From NCBI GenBank assembly GCA_028684885.1, contig JAQUFB010000001.1:14554-78553 (forward strand): a stretch of DNA of 64,000 bases, written 5' to 3'. Below are positions 9,251-17,665 of the stretch, piece by piece. Each line of letters opens with the position of its first letter. Positions within the stretch are counted from its first letter, which is position 1. A model generated the notes under the pieces. That model made no database searches and had not been told where the DNA came from. It saw only the letters and a list, made by a program, of their open reading frames with translations. The translations under genes were made by a program, and so were the position numbers. Source of the DNA: Sulfurovum sp. Its GTDB lineage: Bacteria > Campylobacterota > Campylobacteria > Campylobacterales > Sulfurovaceae.

Positions 9251-10147
9251 ATGAAATTTTTGAGACTGTTGGTGTATCTTCTGCTAGGAAGTGTGTTGGC
9301 TGCCGCCTCCTCCGATGCGATAAAAAACCCGTTTTTGTGGCATGTGAGCAAAGGCGATACCGAGTTCTATCTCTTTGGCACGATGCACCTGGCTGATCCC
9401 TCGCTGCAGGTACTGCCTGAGACGCTTGGAAAAGCACTTGAACGTTCAGATGCCGTCTATACCGAAGTCTCGATGGAGCCTGCAGAGCAGCTAGAATCGA
9501 CAAGGTTGATGCAAAGAACGGACGGAAGGACGCTGCAGGGTACGCTTTCCGCACCACTCTATCAAAGGAGTGCGGCGTATCTCAGGTCTCTCAACCCGGC
9601 ACTGAACATGCAACCTTTCGAGAAGATGAAGCTCTGGGCATTTTCGGCGATCCTGCAGTTTCTGGAAGCGCAGCTGAACCATCCGTCACTCCCTGCGATC
9701 GATAGTGTGATCTATCAAAAAGCGAAAAAGGAAGGCAAAGAGGTCGGAGGGATAGAGACGGTCGAAGAGCAGCTGGCAGCGATGGAAGCGTTGAGCGATC
9801 AGGAACAACAGCTGATGCATGAAGCGACACTGGACTATCTGGAGCAGAACAGGGAGTATGTAGAGATCATGCAAAAGCTCTATATCAACGGCGATGAGAA
9901 AGCGCTGATGAAGTACCTGACCTCAATGATGTTCCAGGAGGAGAAGTACCGTGCACTCGAAGCGCGTTTCCTACAGCTGATCCTCTATGAGAGAAATAGA
10001 CGTATGGCACAACGTATCATAGAAAAGGTGAGTGAAAATCCAAAGAAGGTCTACCTTTTTGCCTTTGGAGCGATGCATTTTCTGGATAAGGACAGTGTGA
10101 TAGTGTTGCTTGAAAAAGAGGGGTTTGAAGTTGTAAGAGTGAGATAG
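9251..10147 (+). CDS. TraB/GumN (Tiki-like) family exported protein
   Basis: Signal peptide; YLFGTMH, GIETVEEQ, ERNRRM and FGAMHF motifs. Confidence 0.88.
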   Translation: MKFLRLLVYLLLGSVLAAASSDAIKNPFLWHVSKGDTEFYLFGTMHLADPSLQVLPETLGKALERSDAVYTEVSMEPAEQLESTRLMQRTDGRTLQGTLSAPLYQRSAAYLRSLNPALNMQPFEKMKLWAFSAILQFLEAQLNHPSLPAIDSVIYQKAKKEGKEVGGIETVEEQLAAMEALSDQEQQLMHEATLDYLEQNREYVEIMQKLYINGDEKALMKYLTSMMFQEEKYRALEARFLQLILYERNRRMAQRIIEKVSENPKKVYLFAFGAMHFLDKDSVIVLLEKEGFEVVRVR

Positions 10148-10156
10148 TTTTTGCTT

Positions 10157-10280
10157 GTTCCCACGATTTCGTGGGAATCCATACGTGACTTGAAGTTTCA
10201 GATCAGCTACGCGGTATGACGAATATCATCGTAATGAAAAAAAGATTGAATATAGATTCCCGATCGGGGTCGGGAATGAC
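10157..10280. repeat. Two REP-like TTCCC...GGGAAT hairpins
   Basis: TTCCCACG-attt-CGTGGGAA-TCCAT (10158-10182) and ATTCCCGA-tcgggg-TCGGGAAT-GAC (10256-10280). Confidence 0.55.
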
Positions 10281-10356
10281 GCTAGGGTGATATATCTTTT
10301 CTCAGAAGCAGTAGGATAGACCTAATCTCTTAGCTCTTTTTGCTATACTCCACCCA

Positions 10357-12075
10357 ATGAACAGTGAACTACTACAAAAGATACGAAGCCATCATCGTAC
10401 GCCTGAAGGACGTGAAAAACTCTTTTACGAGTTAGCCGGGATAGAGTCAAAGATCTGGGAAAATATCGAGTCTCAGAAGATCACCAACTGGACAACATTT
10501 TTCAGCCAGATCGCTGAAAAAGAACAGCATAAAAGTGTGATCACAGAAGTCGATACCGGGGCAACATACAGCTATGGTGAGCTTGAAGCGGCCTCTGAAA
10601 AGATCAAAGCCTTTATATTGGCTACTACGGATGACCATCATATCGGCCTGCATTACCATAACAGTTTTGCTTTTATGGCAGCACTGATCGGTATCAACAA
10701 GGCCGGGCGTATCGCGATACTTTTTAACAACCGTGAACCGCAGGAGCGGCTGGTCAAACTGGCAGAGACGACATTGGTAAAGACTGTACTCGGTGACCCG
10801 GTAGGGGATTTGGAACACTATACGATCGGGAAGATCATACAGAGTGAACAGAAGGATAGTATAAAGTACGGAGTACATACAACGACACTGGAAGATCCTG
10901 CCTTTGTGATCTTCACCAGCGGTACCAGCGGGCCAAGCAAGCCAGCACTCTTTTCCCACCGCCGTATGATCGGTGCGGGGGTGGCATGGGGACTGCGTAC
11001 GGGGATGGAGAGCAGCGACAGCTGTTATATCTCTCTGCCGCTCTATCACGGTAACGGGCTGGCGGTTGCCTTCTCGGCAGTCATCTTCAGCGGGGCGACG
11101 GCAGTCCTGCGCCGGAAGTTTTCGGTGACACACTTCTGGGAAGATATCAACCGCTACGGATGCAGCCATATGGTCCATATCGGGGAGCTCTGGCGGTACC
11201 TGGTCAGTGCAGACAGGGGAGGAAAAAACCCGAACCGTTCACTCAAAGTGATCTTTGGAAACGGTTTGAACAGAAGCCTCTGGGAAGATGTTGTCAAACG
11301 TTATGGGATCGAACATGTGGTGGAACATTTCGGCGCGACAGAGATGCCTGCGGGAGCACTGACCAACTGGTTTGATATCCCCGGCTACTGCGGTTATCTC
11401 CCTCCCGATGATCCCAAGGCCCAGGAGATGGTACTGGTCGATGAGGAGTTGAAACCAAACCCTTACCGTGGTGAAGCACTCTTTGTCGTGCCGAGCGGGA
11501 AATATCGCGGCTATATGGATGAGCGTCTGGATGAGAAGAAACTGGTGCGAAACCTTTTTGAAAAAGGGGACCTGTGGTGGCGTTCGGGCGATCTGCTGGA
11601 GCGCAATGAAGAGGGGTTCTTTATGTTTATCGAACGGTTGGGGGACACCTACCGTTTCAAAGGAGAGAATGTCGCCTGTGTGGATGTAGAGGAGGCGATA
11701 CGAAGTGCAGGTAGGTTTGATGAGGTGGTGGTGTACGGTATCGCTTTGCCATCTATCGAGGGCAAGATCGGGATGGCTTCGCTGGTCAGCAGTGAACCAT
11801 TCGGAGCAGAAGATGCAAATACATTATATGAGAAGCTCAAAGGGAAGGTGGCGCCTTACGCGCTTCCTTATCTTCTGAGAGTGCAGAGAGAGAAGCACCG
11901 TACCACCTCGACCCTGAAGATACAGAAGGCGCACCTCGCAAAAGAGGGGATAGAGCGATTTCAGGAGATGCCGCACTATATCCTGCTGGATGACGGTTAC
12001 CACCCTTTGGATGAGCAAAACTATCAGGGTATAATGAAAGGCAGGATAGTGTTGGGTACAAAGGGGACAAAATGA
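10357..12075 (+). CDS. AMP-binding acyl-CoA synthetase, FATP/very-long-chain type
   Basis: IFTSGTSGPSK P-loop, SLPLYHGN, FGATE, WRSGDLL, RLGDTYRFKGENV. Confidence 0.88.
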   Translation: MNSELLQKIRSHHRTPEGREKLFYELAGIESKIWENIESQKITNWTTFFSQIAEKEQHKSVITEVDTGATYSYGELEAASEKIKAFILATTDDHHIGLHYHNSFAFMAALIGINKAGRIAILFNNREPQERLVKLAETTLVKTVLGDPVGDLEHYTIGKIIQSEQKDSIKYGVHTTTLEDPAFVIFTSGTSGPSKPALFSHRRMIGAGVAWGLRTGMESSDSCYISLPLYHGNGLAVAFSAVIFSGATAVLRRKFSVTHFWEDINRYGCSHMVHIGELWRYLVSADRGGKNPNRSLKVIFGNGLNRSLWEDVVKRYGIEHVVEHFGATEMPAGALTNWFDIPGYCGYLPPDDPKAQEMVLVDEELKPNPYRGEALFVVPSGKYRGYMDERLDEKKLVRNLFEKGDLWWRSGDLLERNEEGFFMFIERLGDTYRFKGENVACVDVEEAIRSAGRFDEVVVYGIALPSIEGKIGMASLVSSEPFGAEDANTLYEKLKGKVAPYALPYLLRVQREKHRTTSTLKIQKAHLAKEGIERFQEMPHYILLDDGYHPLDEQNYQGIMKGRIVLGTKGTK

Positions 12076-12815
12076 GAATGGTCGCAACACGGCTGCATAC
12101 CACCAATGACAATGCCAGGATCAATGTCGATCATGTCCGGGCGTGGTGCGAGCATGTACTGAACTACTGTGATCTGCTGATCGTGGTGGTTGACAGGCAC
12201 TATTTTGAAGCGACCAAGGAGATACTCTACGGCTTTGGCGAGAAGATCAAGCTCTTTCATATCGATCCCTGGATCAGCTACACGCAGCCGCTGAATATGA
12301 TGGTCGAAAAAGCACTTTCGATGGGGGCAAAAGAACTGCTTTTCCAGAGTATCGAAGTGACGATCTCTCTGGAAGATATGGAGCGGCTGGAGAAACATCT
12401 TGACGGCAATACGCTGGTCGTAGGAGCAAGGCTCTGTGAAGGGCACGGCGATGAGGGGGAGACCTGCAAACTGGACGGCTGGACAACGCCGTGGAATACC
12501 CTGGCGATCTGGAATCTGAAGAAACTTGCACTGACTGGTTTCCTGTCCGTCTCAAGCGGCAATTATGAGGATGTCCCCGGCGGTGTAGAGGAGGTGGTGA
12601 CGATCTCCCTTTTGCAGCGTCTCAAACCCTACACGATGAACGCGAAGGTGATACACCTGGACTCTGTGGAGTGGGATACGGAGTGGAGTTCGGAGGAGCG
12701 GCAGGCATACCATGAGATGAAAATGGCCTCCAAGGATGAGCGTGCAAAGATACAGCTGGCAGCCCTTGGGGTGGAAGCGGGAGATGTGATATTTGTAAAG
12801 GATAACAATGATTGA
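12072..12815 (+). CDS. Uncharacterised protein, possibly glycosyltransferase-A-like
   Basis: 247-aa ORF overlapping both neighbours; motifs PWNTLAIW and GGVEEV; fold assignment is tentative. Confidence 0.7.
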   Translation: MRMVATRLHTTNDNARINVDHVRAWCEHVLNYCDLLIVVVDRHYFEATKEILYGFGEKIKLFHIDPWISYTQPLNMMVEKALSMGAKELLFQSIEVTISLEDMERLEKHLDGNTLVVGARLCEGHGDEGETCKLDGWTTPWNTLAIWNLKKLALTGFLSVSSGNYEDVPGGVEEVVTISLLQRLKPYTMNAKVIHLDSVEWDTEWSSEERQAYHEMKMASKDERAKIQLAALGVEAGDVIFVKDNND

Positions 12816-13998
12816 TGTATTGGTTGTCGGTATCGGCGAATATGTGACAGGACTTTCGGGCGAGGGGGCCGCGAAATCGGATAAGAGCTTCGGGGTGGTC
12901 GCACTGAGCCTTTTTGATATGAGGGATCGGGGGCTGGTCGGAGAGATCCATCTGGCCGGAAGAGATGCCAAGCGTTTTGAACTGATACGGGAGCATTTTG
13001 AGACCAATTTGAAAGCTGCCTATCCTTCACTTGATACCTCATTTAAGGCGCATCCCAAAGACGGATTCAGTGATGAAGCATACAAAGAGGCACTGAACCG
13101 GATGAAAGAGGGTTCATGCGTGATGATCTTCACCCCCGATGATACCCATTTCGAGATCGCCAAAGAGGCACTGGAAGCGGGGATGCATGTGCTGGTAGCC
13201 AAGCCGCTTGTGAAAACGGCAGCTGAGCATCTGGAGCTTCAAGAACTTGCCAAAGAGAAAGGGCTTCTGCTGATGCTGGAGGTGCATAAGCGTTTTGATC
13301 CGATCTACGCGGATGCAGTCGATCAGATACGCACTTTCGGGGATTTCTCCCTGATGCACAGCTATATGAGCCAGCCAAAGACGCAGCTGGATACCTTTGC
13401 CAGCTGGGCGGGGATCAGCTCGGACATCAGCTACTACCTCAATGCCCATCACATCGATCTGCTCTGCTGGGCGGTGCAGGATATAGCCAAACCGGTCTCG
13501 GTCGTGGCCACGGCTTCAACCGGTGTGGCGGACAGAAAACTGGGGCGAGAGGTGGAAGATACGATCACGCTCACGGTACAGTGGAAAAACCTGCAAAGCG
13601 GTGCGCTGGGGACGAGTGTCCATACCGCTTCATGGATCGCTCCCCCTTCGGATGTGCACTCCCAGCAGCGGTTTTTCTACATGGGGCACAAAGGCGAGGT
13701 GACCATCGACCAGGCGCACAGAGGATACGGGATCTCCACCGATCAGCACGGATATAAAAGTGCCAACCCGCTTTTTATGAAGTACACCCCTAGAGACGGC
13801 AAATTCGCAGGGCAGCAGGGGTATGGGTACCGGAGTATCGAAACTTTTGTACGCTCAGCAGACGAGTTGGCGGAAAAGCCTTCCAAACTTGCTGAATTCA
13901 AGCAAGATCTGCCTACGATCGAAAATACCCTGAATGTCACAAAGATACTGGAAGCCGGGCGCAGAAGCCTGGATGAGGGGAGAGTGATAGGTCTGTAA
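12808..13998 (+). CDS. Gfo/Idh/MocA oxidoreductase, similar to fungal D-galacturonate reductase GaaA
   Basis: VGIGEYVTG, SDKSFGVV, IFTPDDTH, HKRFDP, YMSQPKTQL, SDISYYLNAHH, GYGYRS, AGRRSLDE match the GaaA-like subfamily as recalled. Confidence 0.82.
   Translation: MIDVLVVGIGEYVTGLSGEGAAKSDKSFGVVALSLFDMRDRGLVGEIHLAGRDAKRFELIREHFETNLKAAYPSLDTSFKAHPKDGFSDEAYKEALNRMKEGSCVMIFTPDDTHFEIAKEALEAGMHVLVAKPLVKTAAEHLELQELAKEKGLLLMLEVHKRFDPIYADAVDQIRTFGDFSLMHSYMSQPKTQLDTFASWAGISSDISYYLNAHHIDLLCWAVQDIAKPVSVVATASTGVADRKLGREVEDTITLTVQWKNLQSGALGTSVHTASWIAPPSDVHSQQRFFYMGHKGEVTIDQAHRGYGISTDQHGYKSANPLFMKYTPRDGKFAGQQGYGYRSIETFVRSADELAEKPSKLAEFKQDLPTIENTLNVTKILEAGRRSLDEGRVIGL
13748..13998 (+). repeat. Left copy of a ~250-bp direct repeat (3' end of the reductase gene) bounding the island
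   Basis: Homologous to 26519-26764; identical 41-nt run at 13921-13961 and 26687-26727. Confidence 0.9.
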
Positions 13999-14049
13999 GG
14001 CAGTAGACTCCCAGAGGGAGTGTACTTTCACTGGATCTCAATATCGCTT

Positions 14050-14910
14050 TTATCTGTTAAACCAATCGTAATGTTTGTTTCCTTCATTAAGTTTTTTAAT
14101 ATTTCCATAGTAAGAACTTTTTTTCAAATGTTTCATTATTTTTTCAAAAATGTATCTATTGTCCTCCAAACTGAAGAGTCTGTTTTCCTTTTGAAATTTA
14201 CTTTTTATCTGCTCGTTATATCGGTTGAAAAGCTCCACCGCCATATCGATTTTTCCGGTATAGATATATTTAACGATATGATAATATAAATTGTTGGAAA
14301 ATGATTCAATGCGTTTTGTTTTTTTAGAAACCCTATCGCTTGAAATATACATATCATCATTCAAAGCATCCTGCAACGTCTTCTCGATCGGGTCTACATC
14401 CTGGCCTTTCATCTTCTCATAGGCAAATGTATAATTCTCATAAATAATCGCAGGCAACGGTGAAGCTGCATAGGCGCCAAAGGCATAGGCAAAAGTATCA
14501 TCACAGGTATGTATCACATTGTTTTTAAACTTTATATGACAGTTGCCGCCGTCTATCGCCATTTTAAATACTAATGAACCATTGTCTCCAATCTCAAAAA
14601 ATCTTCCTTCATAACAGCAGTGAGCACCACCTGACCAGCTTGATATCATGAATGTTTTTCCATCTATATCTAGATAATGCTGATAAGCGAACTCATCCCC
14701 CTTTTGGTAACCGGGAAGCATTTTTTCATTATACACAATGGTATGGTCTTTTTTATCTCTGATCTCCCAATACGAGTTACTCGAGATAAGATCATCACTC
14801 TTGACAATGCGTACCTCATAGCGATCATTGATATCTTTTATCTCAGCCGGAGCTGCAGATAGATGAACCAAAACAGATAAGAACAATGCACCCATGGAAA
14901 TTTTTTTCAT
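14050..14910 (-). CDS. Exported hypothetical protein
   Basis: Signal peptide; SGGAHCC motif. Confidence 0.72.
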   Translation of the reverse strand: MKKISMGALFLSVLVHLSAAPAEIKDINDRYEVRIVKSDDLISSNSYWEIRDKKDHTIVYNEKMLPGYQKGDEFAYQHYLDIDGKTFMISSWSGGAHCCYEGRFFEIGDNGSLVFKMAIDGGNCHIKFKNNVIHTCDDTFAYAFGAYAASPLPAIIYENYTFAYEKMKGQDVDPIEKTLQDALNDDMYISSDRVSKKTKRIESFSNNLYYHIVKYIYTGKIDMAVELFNRYNEQIKSKFQKENRLFSLEDNRYIFEKIMKHLKKSSYYGNIKKLNEGNKHYDWFNR

Positions 14911-15189
14911 CTTTTCCCTTTCCTTGTCAATAACCTAAAATGTATGTATGTCCGAACGTGCATAGGTTACATCATTTTATGGAAACAATGTTCCATTTAA
15001 AAGAAACAGCAAACCCCGCCAATGAACCAGGAGAAGATCCAAAAGCTCCCGATAGTTCATTTCCCTTTATCAATCTCTTTGGATATTTTACCATCTATAT
15101 GATCAAAAGGATTTAGATCTATAGCGTTGGATCCTTCTCTTGCCTAGGAAGATCTTTTGCTCTATAGTATTCTCTTTCTTCGTTTTGGG

Positions 15190-15957
15190 CTAAAGAGGTT
15201 TTCCATCACTTGGCATCACGGCTGTTTTTGAAGCCTCTTCTTTTATCCAGTTATCAAAGTCCTCTTTGATCTCTTTGTTAATCTCAGGCAATTTACCCGT
15301 ATAGTACTTTTCACCTTCCATTGTCTTCCTGACAAGCTGAACTTCTGATACATCTGCGAAAGAGTAGCCTGTATATTTAGACTTTACGACACTACTCTTT
15401 TTACACTCAATGTCGATATGGTATTTAGGGCTATGGTATTGCTTTACACCAAGCAACTCTTTTGCCCCATCTTCTTGCTTTTTGAAGCCATATTGAGTAA
15501 GAAGAGTACTATCACACTTCTTGCCCAGCAATCTGTTTGCAGCTGCCACGTTACCATAGCGAACCGGCTTAAAGTAGAATCTCCCGGCAACCAGTCCCAT
15601 CTGAGGCTCGGTGACAACATAATATTGGCTGGAAGCTTTGGTAGTCACTTTGATCATATCATCATTCTCGCCCCCAAGCATGTAGAAGTAGTGTGTGCCT
15701 GGAGTAGTTTGATATTCTATCTTTGTCTGAGCACCAAGCGTACCTACATAGCTAGTAGCTTTGGTCTCAGGATCAAACGCTACCACCGTATTGTGTAGTG
15801 CCGCGCCTAAAAAGCTCGGTCTGGAGAAAACGATAGTAGCGTTCTCTTTTACTCTGGTATCCACTGTTGTTCCGCTTGGAGCGGCTTCATATAGGCTTGA
15901 TGCACAACCGGACAACAGCAATGTGATCAATACAAACGGTATTATTTTACTTTTCAT
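15190..15957 (-). CDS. Lipoprotein (DUF2846-like N-terminal domain)
   Basis: Lipobox LLSGC; ATIVFSRPS...TPGTHYF pattern. Confidence 0.72.
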   Translation of the reverse strand: MKSKIIPFVLITLLLSGCASSLYEAAPSGTTVDTRVKENATIVFSRPSFLGAALHNTVVAFDPETKATSYVGTLGAQTKIEYQTTPGTHYFYMLGGENDDMIKVTTKASSQYYVVTEPQMGLVAGRFYFKPVRYGNVAAANRLLGKKCDSTLLTQYGFKKQEDGAKELLGVKQYHSPKYHIDIECKKSSVVKSKYTGYSFADVSEVQLVRKTMEGEKYYTGKLPEINKEIKEDFDNWIKEEASKTAVMPSDGKPL

Positions 15958-15980
15958 AATTCAATTCCTCCTTTGAAATC

Positions 15981-16274
15981 TTATATTCTTTCGGGCGCAA
16001 TAATGCCGACACACGAACCACCGCCTCTGCCCACTTTTGTACACTCTTTATATTCACTGTAGGCATCACAAGTTACAAGGTCAGGGTAATACTTTACCGA
16101 CTCTATTTTACCGATCAAAAGCAGCAGATTACTATCGATCAAACCTTCTGTACACTCCCCTTCATTGGCGACGCCCCGGACTATCACCACCTCTTTTTCA
16201 CTTTTTGAAAATGACTCTTCTGCACAGCCTGCAAATAACACTACTGCAAATAGTCCATAAACTACTTTTCTCAT
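15981..16274 (-). CDS. Small Cys-rich lipoprotein
   Basis: Start MRKVVYG with upstream SD; lipobox LFAGC; four further cysteines. Confidence 0.65.
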   Translation of the reverse strand: MRKVVYGLFAVVLFAGCAEESFSKSEKEVVIVRGVANEGECTEGLIDSNLLLLIGKIESVKYYPDLVTCDAYSEYKECTKVGRGGGSCVGIIAPERI

Positions 16275-16327
16275 TTTTCTTTTCCTTTTTTTATCCTGTC
16301 TCAAAACACCTCTTGATTTATCTCATA

Positions 16328-16504
16328 TCAGCTTGTCTGTCTGTTATCCCATGTCGTGTCCTCCTCTTTGTGACTACCGTCTCTGGCAGTGTATTTGCGC
16401 GTAGAGGCGATACTACCCTTGGCGAGGGGAGTGTTTGTCGACCGTGTGTAGCGTATTTCGATATCCTTGGTGAGGTTACCTGCGAATATGACTTTGTTGA
16501 ACAT
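16328..16504 (-). pseudogene. ssb: Truncated single-stranded DNA-binding protein
   Basis: MFNKVIFAGNLTKDIEIRYT...EEDTTW is the SSB OB-fold N-terminus; stops after ~58 aa; SD AAGGAG. Confidence 0.8.
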
Positions 16505-16555
16505 AGATTCTCCTTCTGTTTGTCTACCCTGCCAACGAACAAGTAGGCATATCAA

Positions 16556-16586
16556 ATTATAGATCATTTTATAGACAGATTTTGTC
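16556..16586 (-). promoter_or_regulatory. GACA-N5-TGTC-N12-TATAAT promoter of the ssb remnant
   Basis: GACAgatttTGTC at 16574-16586; minus-strand TATAAT at 16561-16556, exactly 12 nt away. Confidence 0.7.
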
Positions 16587-16628
16587 TAAAAGGGTGACGT
16601 TTTATCTTTTTAGTTCAATAATATTATG

Positions 16629-16659
16629 GACAAAATATGTCTAAAACTAATTCTATACT
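16629..16659 (+). promoter_or_regulatory. GACA-N5-TGTC-N12-TATACT promoter of the 16692 gene
   Basis: GACAaaataTGTC at 16629-16641; TATACT at 16654-16659. Confidence 0.7.
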
Positions 16660-16691
16660 ACGGGTAACAAAATCAAATAGAGGAGTCAAGG

Positions 16692-17627
16692 ATGCCTACA
16701 GCTTACATTACAAAACGAAGTTTCAACCTAATCAGTTCAAAACTTACCAATGTTATCAAAACAGACAAAAATACCATGCTTGACGAACTCTCTAGGGATT
16801 TTCCTATAGATGACCTCATTGACATCCAAAAGCTCAACGAGCTACTCAACCACTATGAGATCGGTCAGATGTTTGCGGCCAAAAAACTCTTTGAGAACTT
16901 CGCAGGTGTCTTCACCGAGATCCAAGAGAACCAAAGAAGCATCAAGGAGATCATCCAAACACAAAACCGTTTCTATATGAATGATGTAAAGATGCCTGCA
17001 TACCATATAGATGATAATTGCGAGGGGATGCATAGCAGTTTTTTCAATATCAGCTTCCCAGATATTCTCTCCGACGTTGAAGCTAAACGTGCCAAAGTGT
17101 GGGCAAAGGAGCAACCTGAATATACCAAGATGCACAATCATAAGGTAGATCCTGAAGCGTTCCAAAGCTCTTTTAAGCAACTCAACCTACGCTTCAAAGA
17201 GACCTTCAATTGCAAAGAAGACTTAAAGGTCATAGACTTGGCAAACTCAGGAACCACTTCCATCGACAACAGCCCGATAGAGGATCTTGTCGAGAATCCT
17301 TTTACCACACTCAAAGAGGAGTATCTGAAGAAGTACACCCAGCTTCGCTTCTACTTTGACGGGGAGTTTGCAGACAAGATAAGAAAGATAGTCTATATGC
17401 CTCACTACAAAATGGAGGGCTATCTCAGGACAAAGGGTGACCCGAAAGAGAAAGAGGTGATCCATGAGTTCCACGAGGTCAAGCGGCAGCTCATCAGTGT
17501 GATGACCGAGGCTTTTCAACAGAAGTATAAGTTTGACTTTTCCGTTGACAGTGAGATCCTGGATGCCTTGGGGTTCAGAGCGTGCAAACGTTGCAAGCGT
17601 ACTCCTTCTATTACTATCGCTGCATAA
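16692..17627 (+). CDS. Hypothetical protein with putative Zn-binding motifs
   Basis: SD GAGGAG; AYHIDDNC and C-terminal GFRACKRC. Confidence 0.78.
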   Translation: MPTAYITKRSFNLISSKLTNVIKTDKNTMLDELSRDFPIDDLIDIQKLNELLNHYEIGQMFAAKKLFENFAGVFTEIQENQRSIKEIIQTQNRFYMNDVKMPAYHIDDNCEGMHSSFFNISFPDILSDVEAKRAKVWAKEQPEYTKMHNHKVDPEAFQSSFKQLNLRFKETFNCKEDLKVIDLANSGTTSIDNSPIEDLVENPFTTLKEEYLKKYTQLRFYFDGEFADKIRKIVYMPHYKMEGYLRTKGDPKEKEVIHEFHEVKRQLISVMTEAFQQKYKFDFSVDSEILDALGFRACKRCKRTPSITIAA

Positions 17628-17665
17628 TGAAATTTAGATAATTACAAAAAATATATAAGCATATC

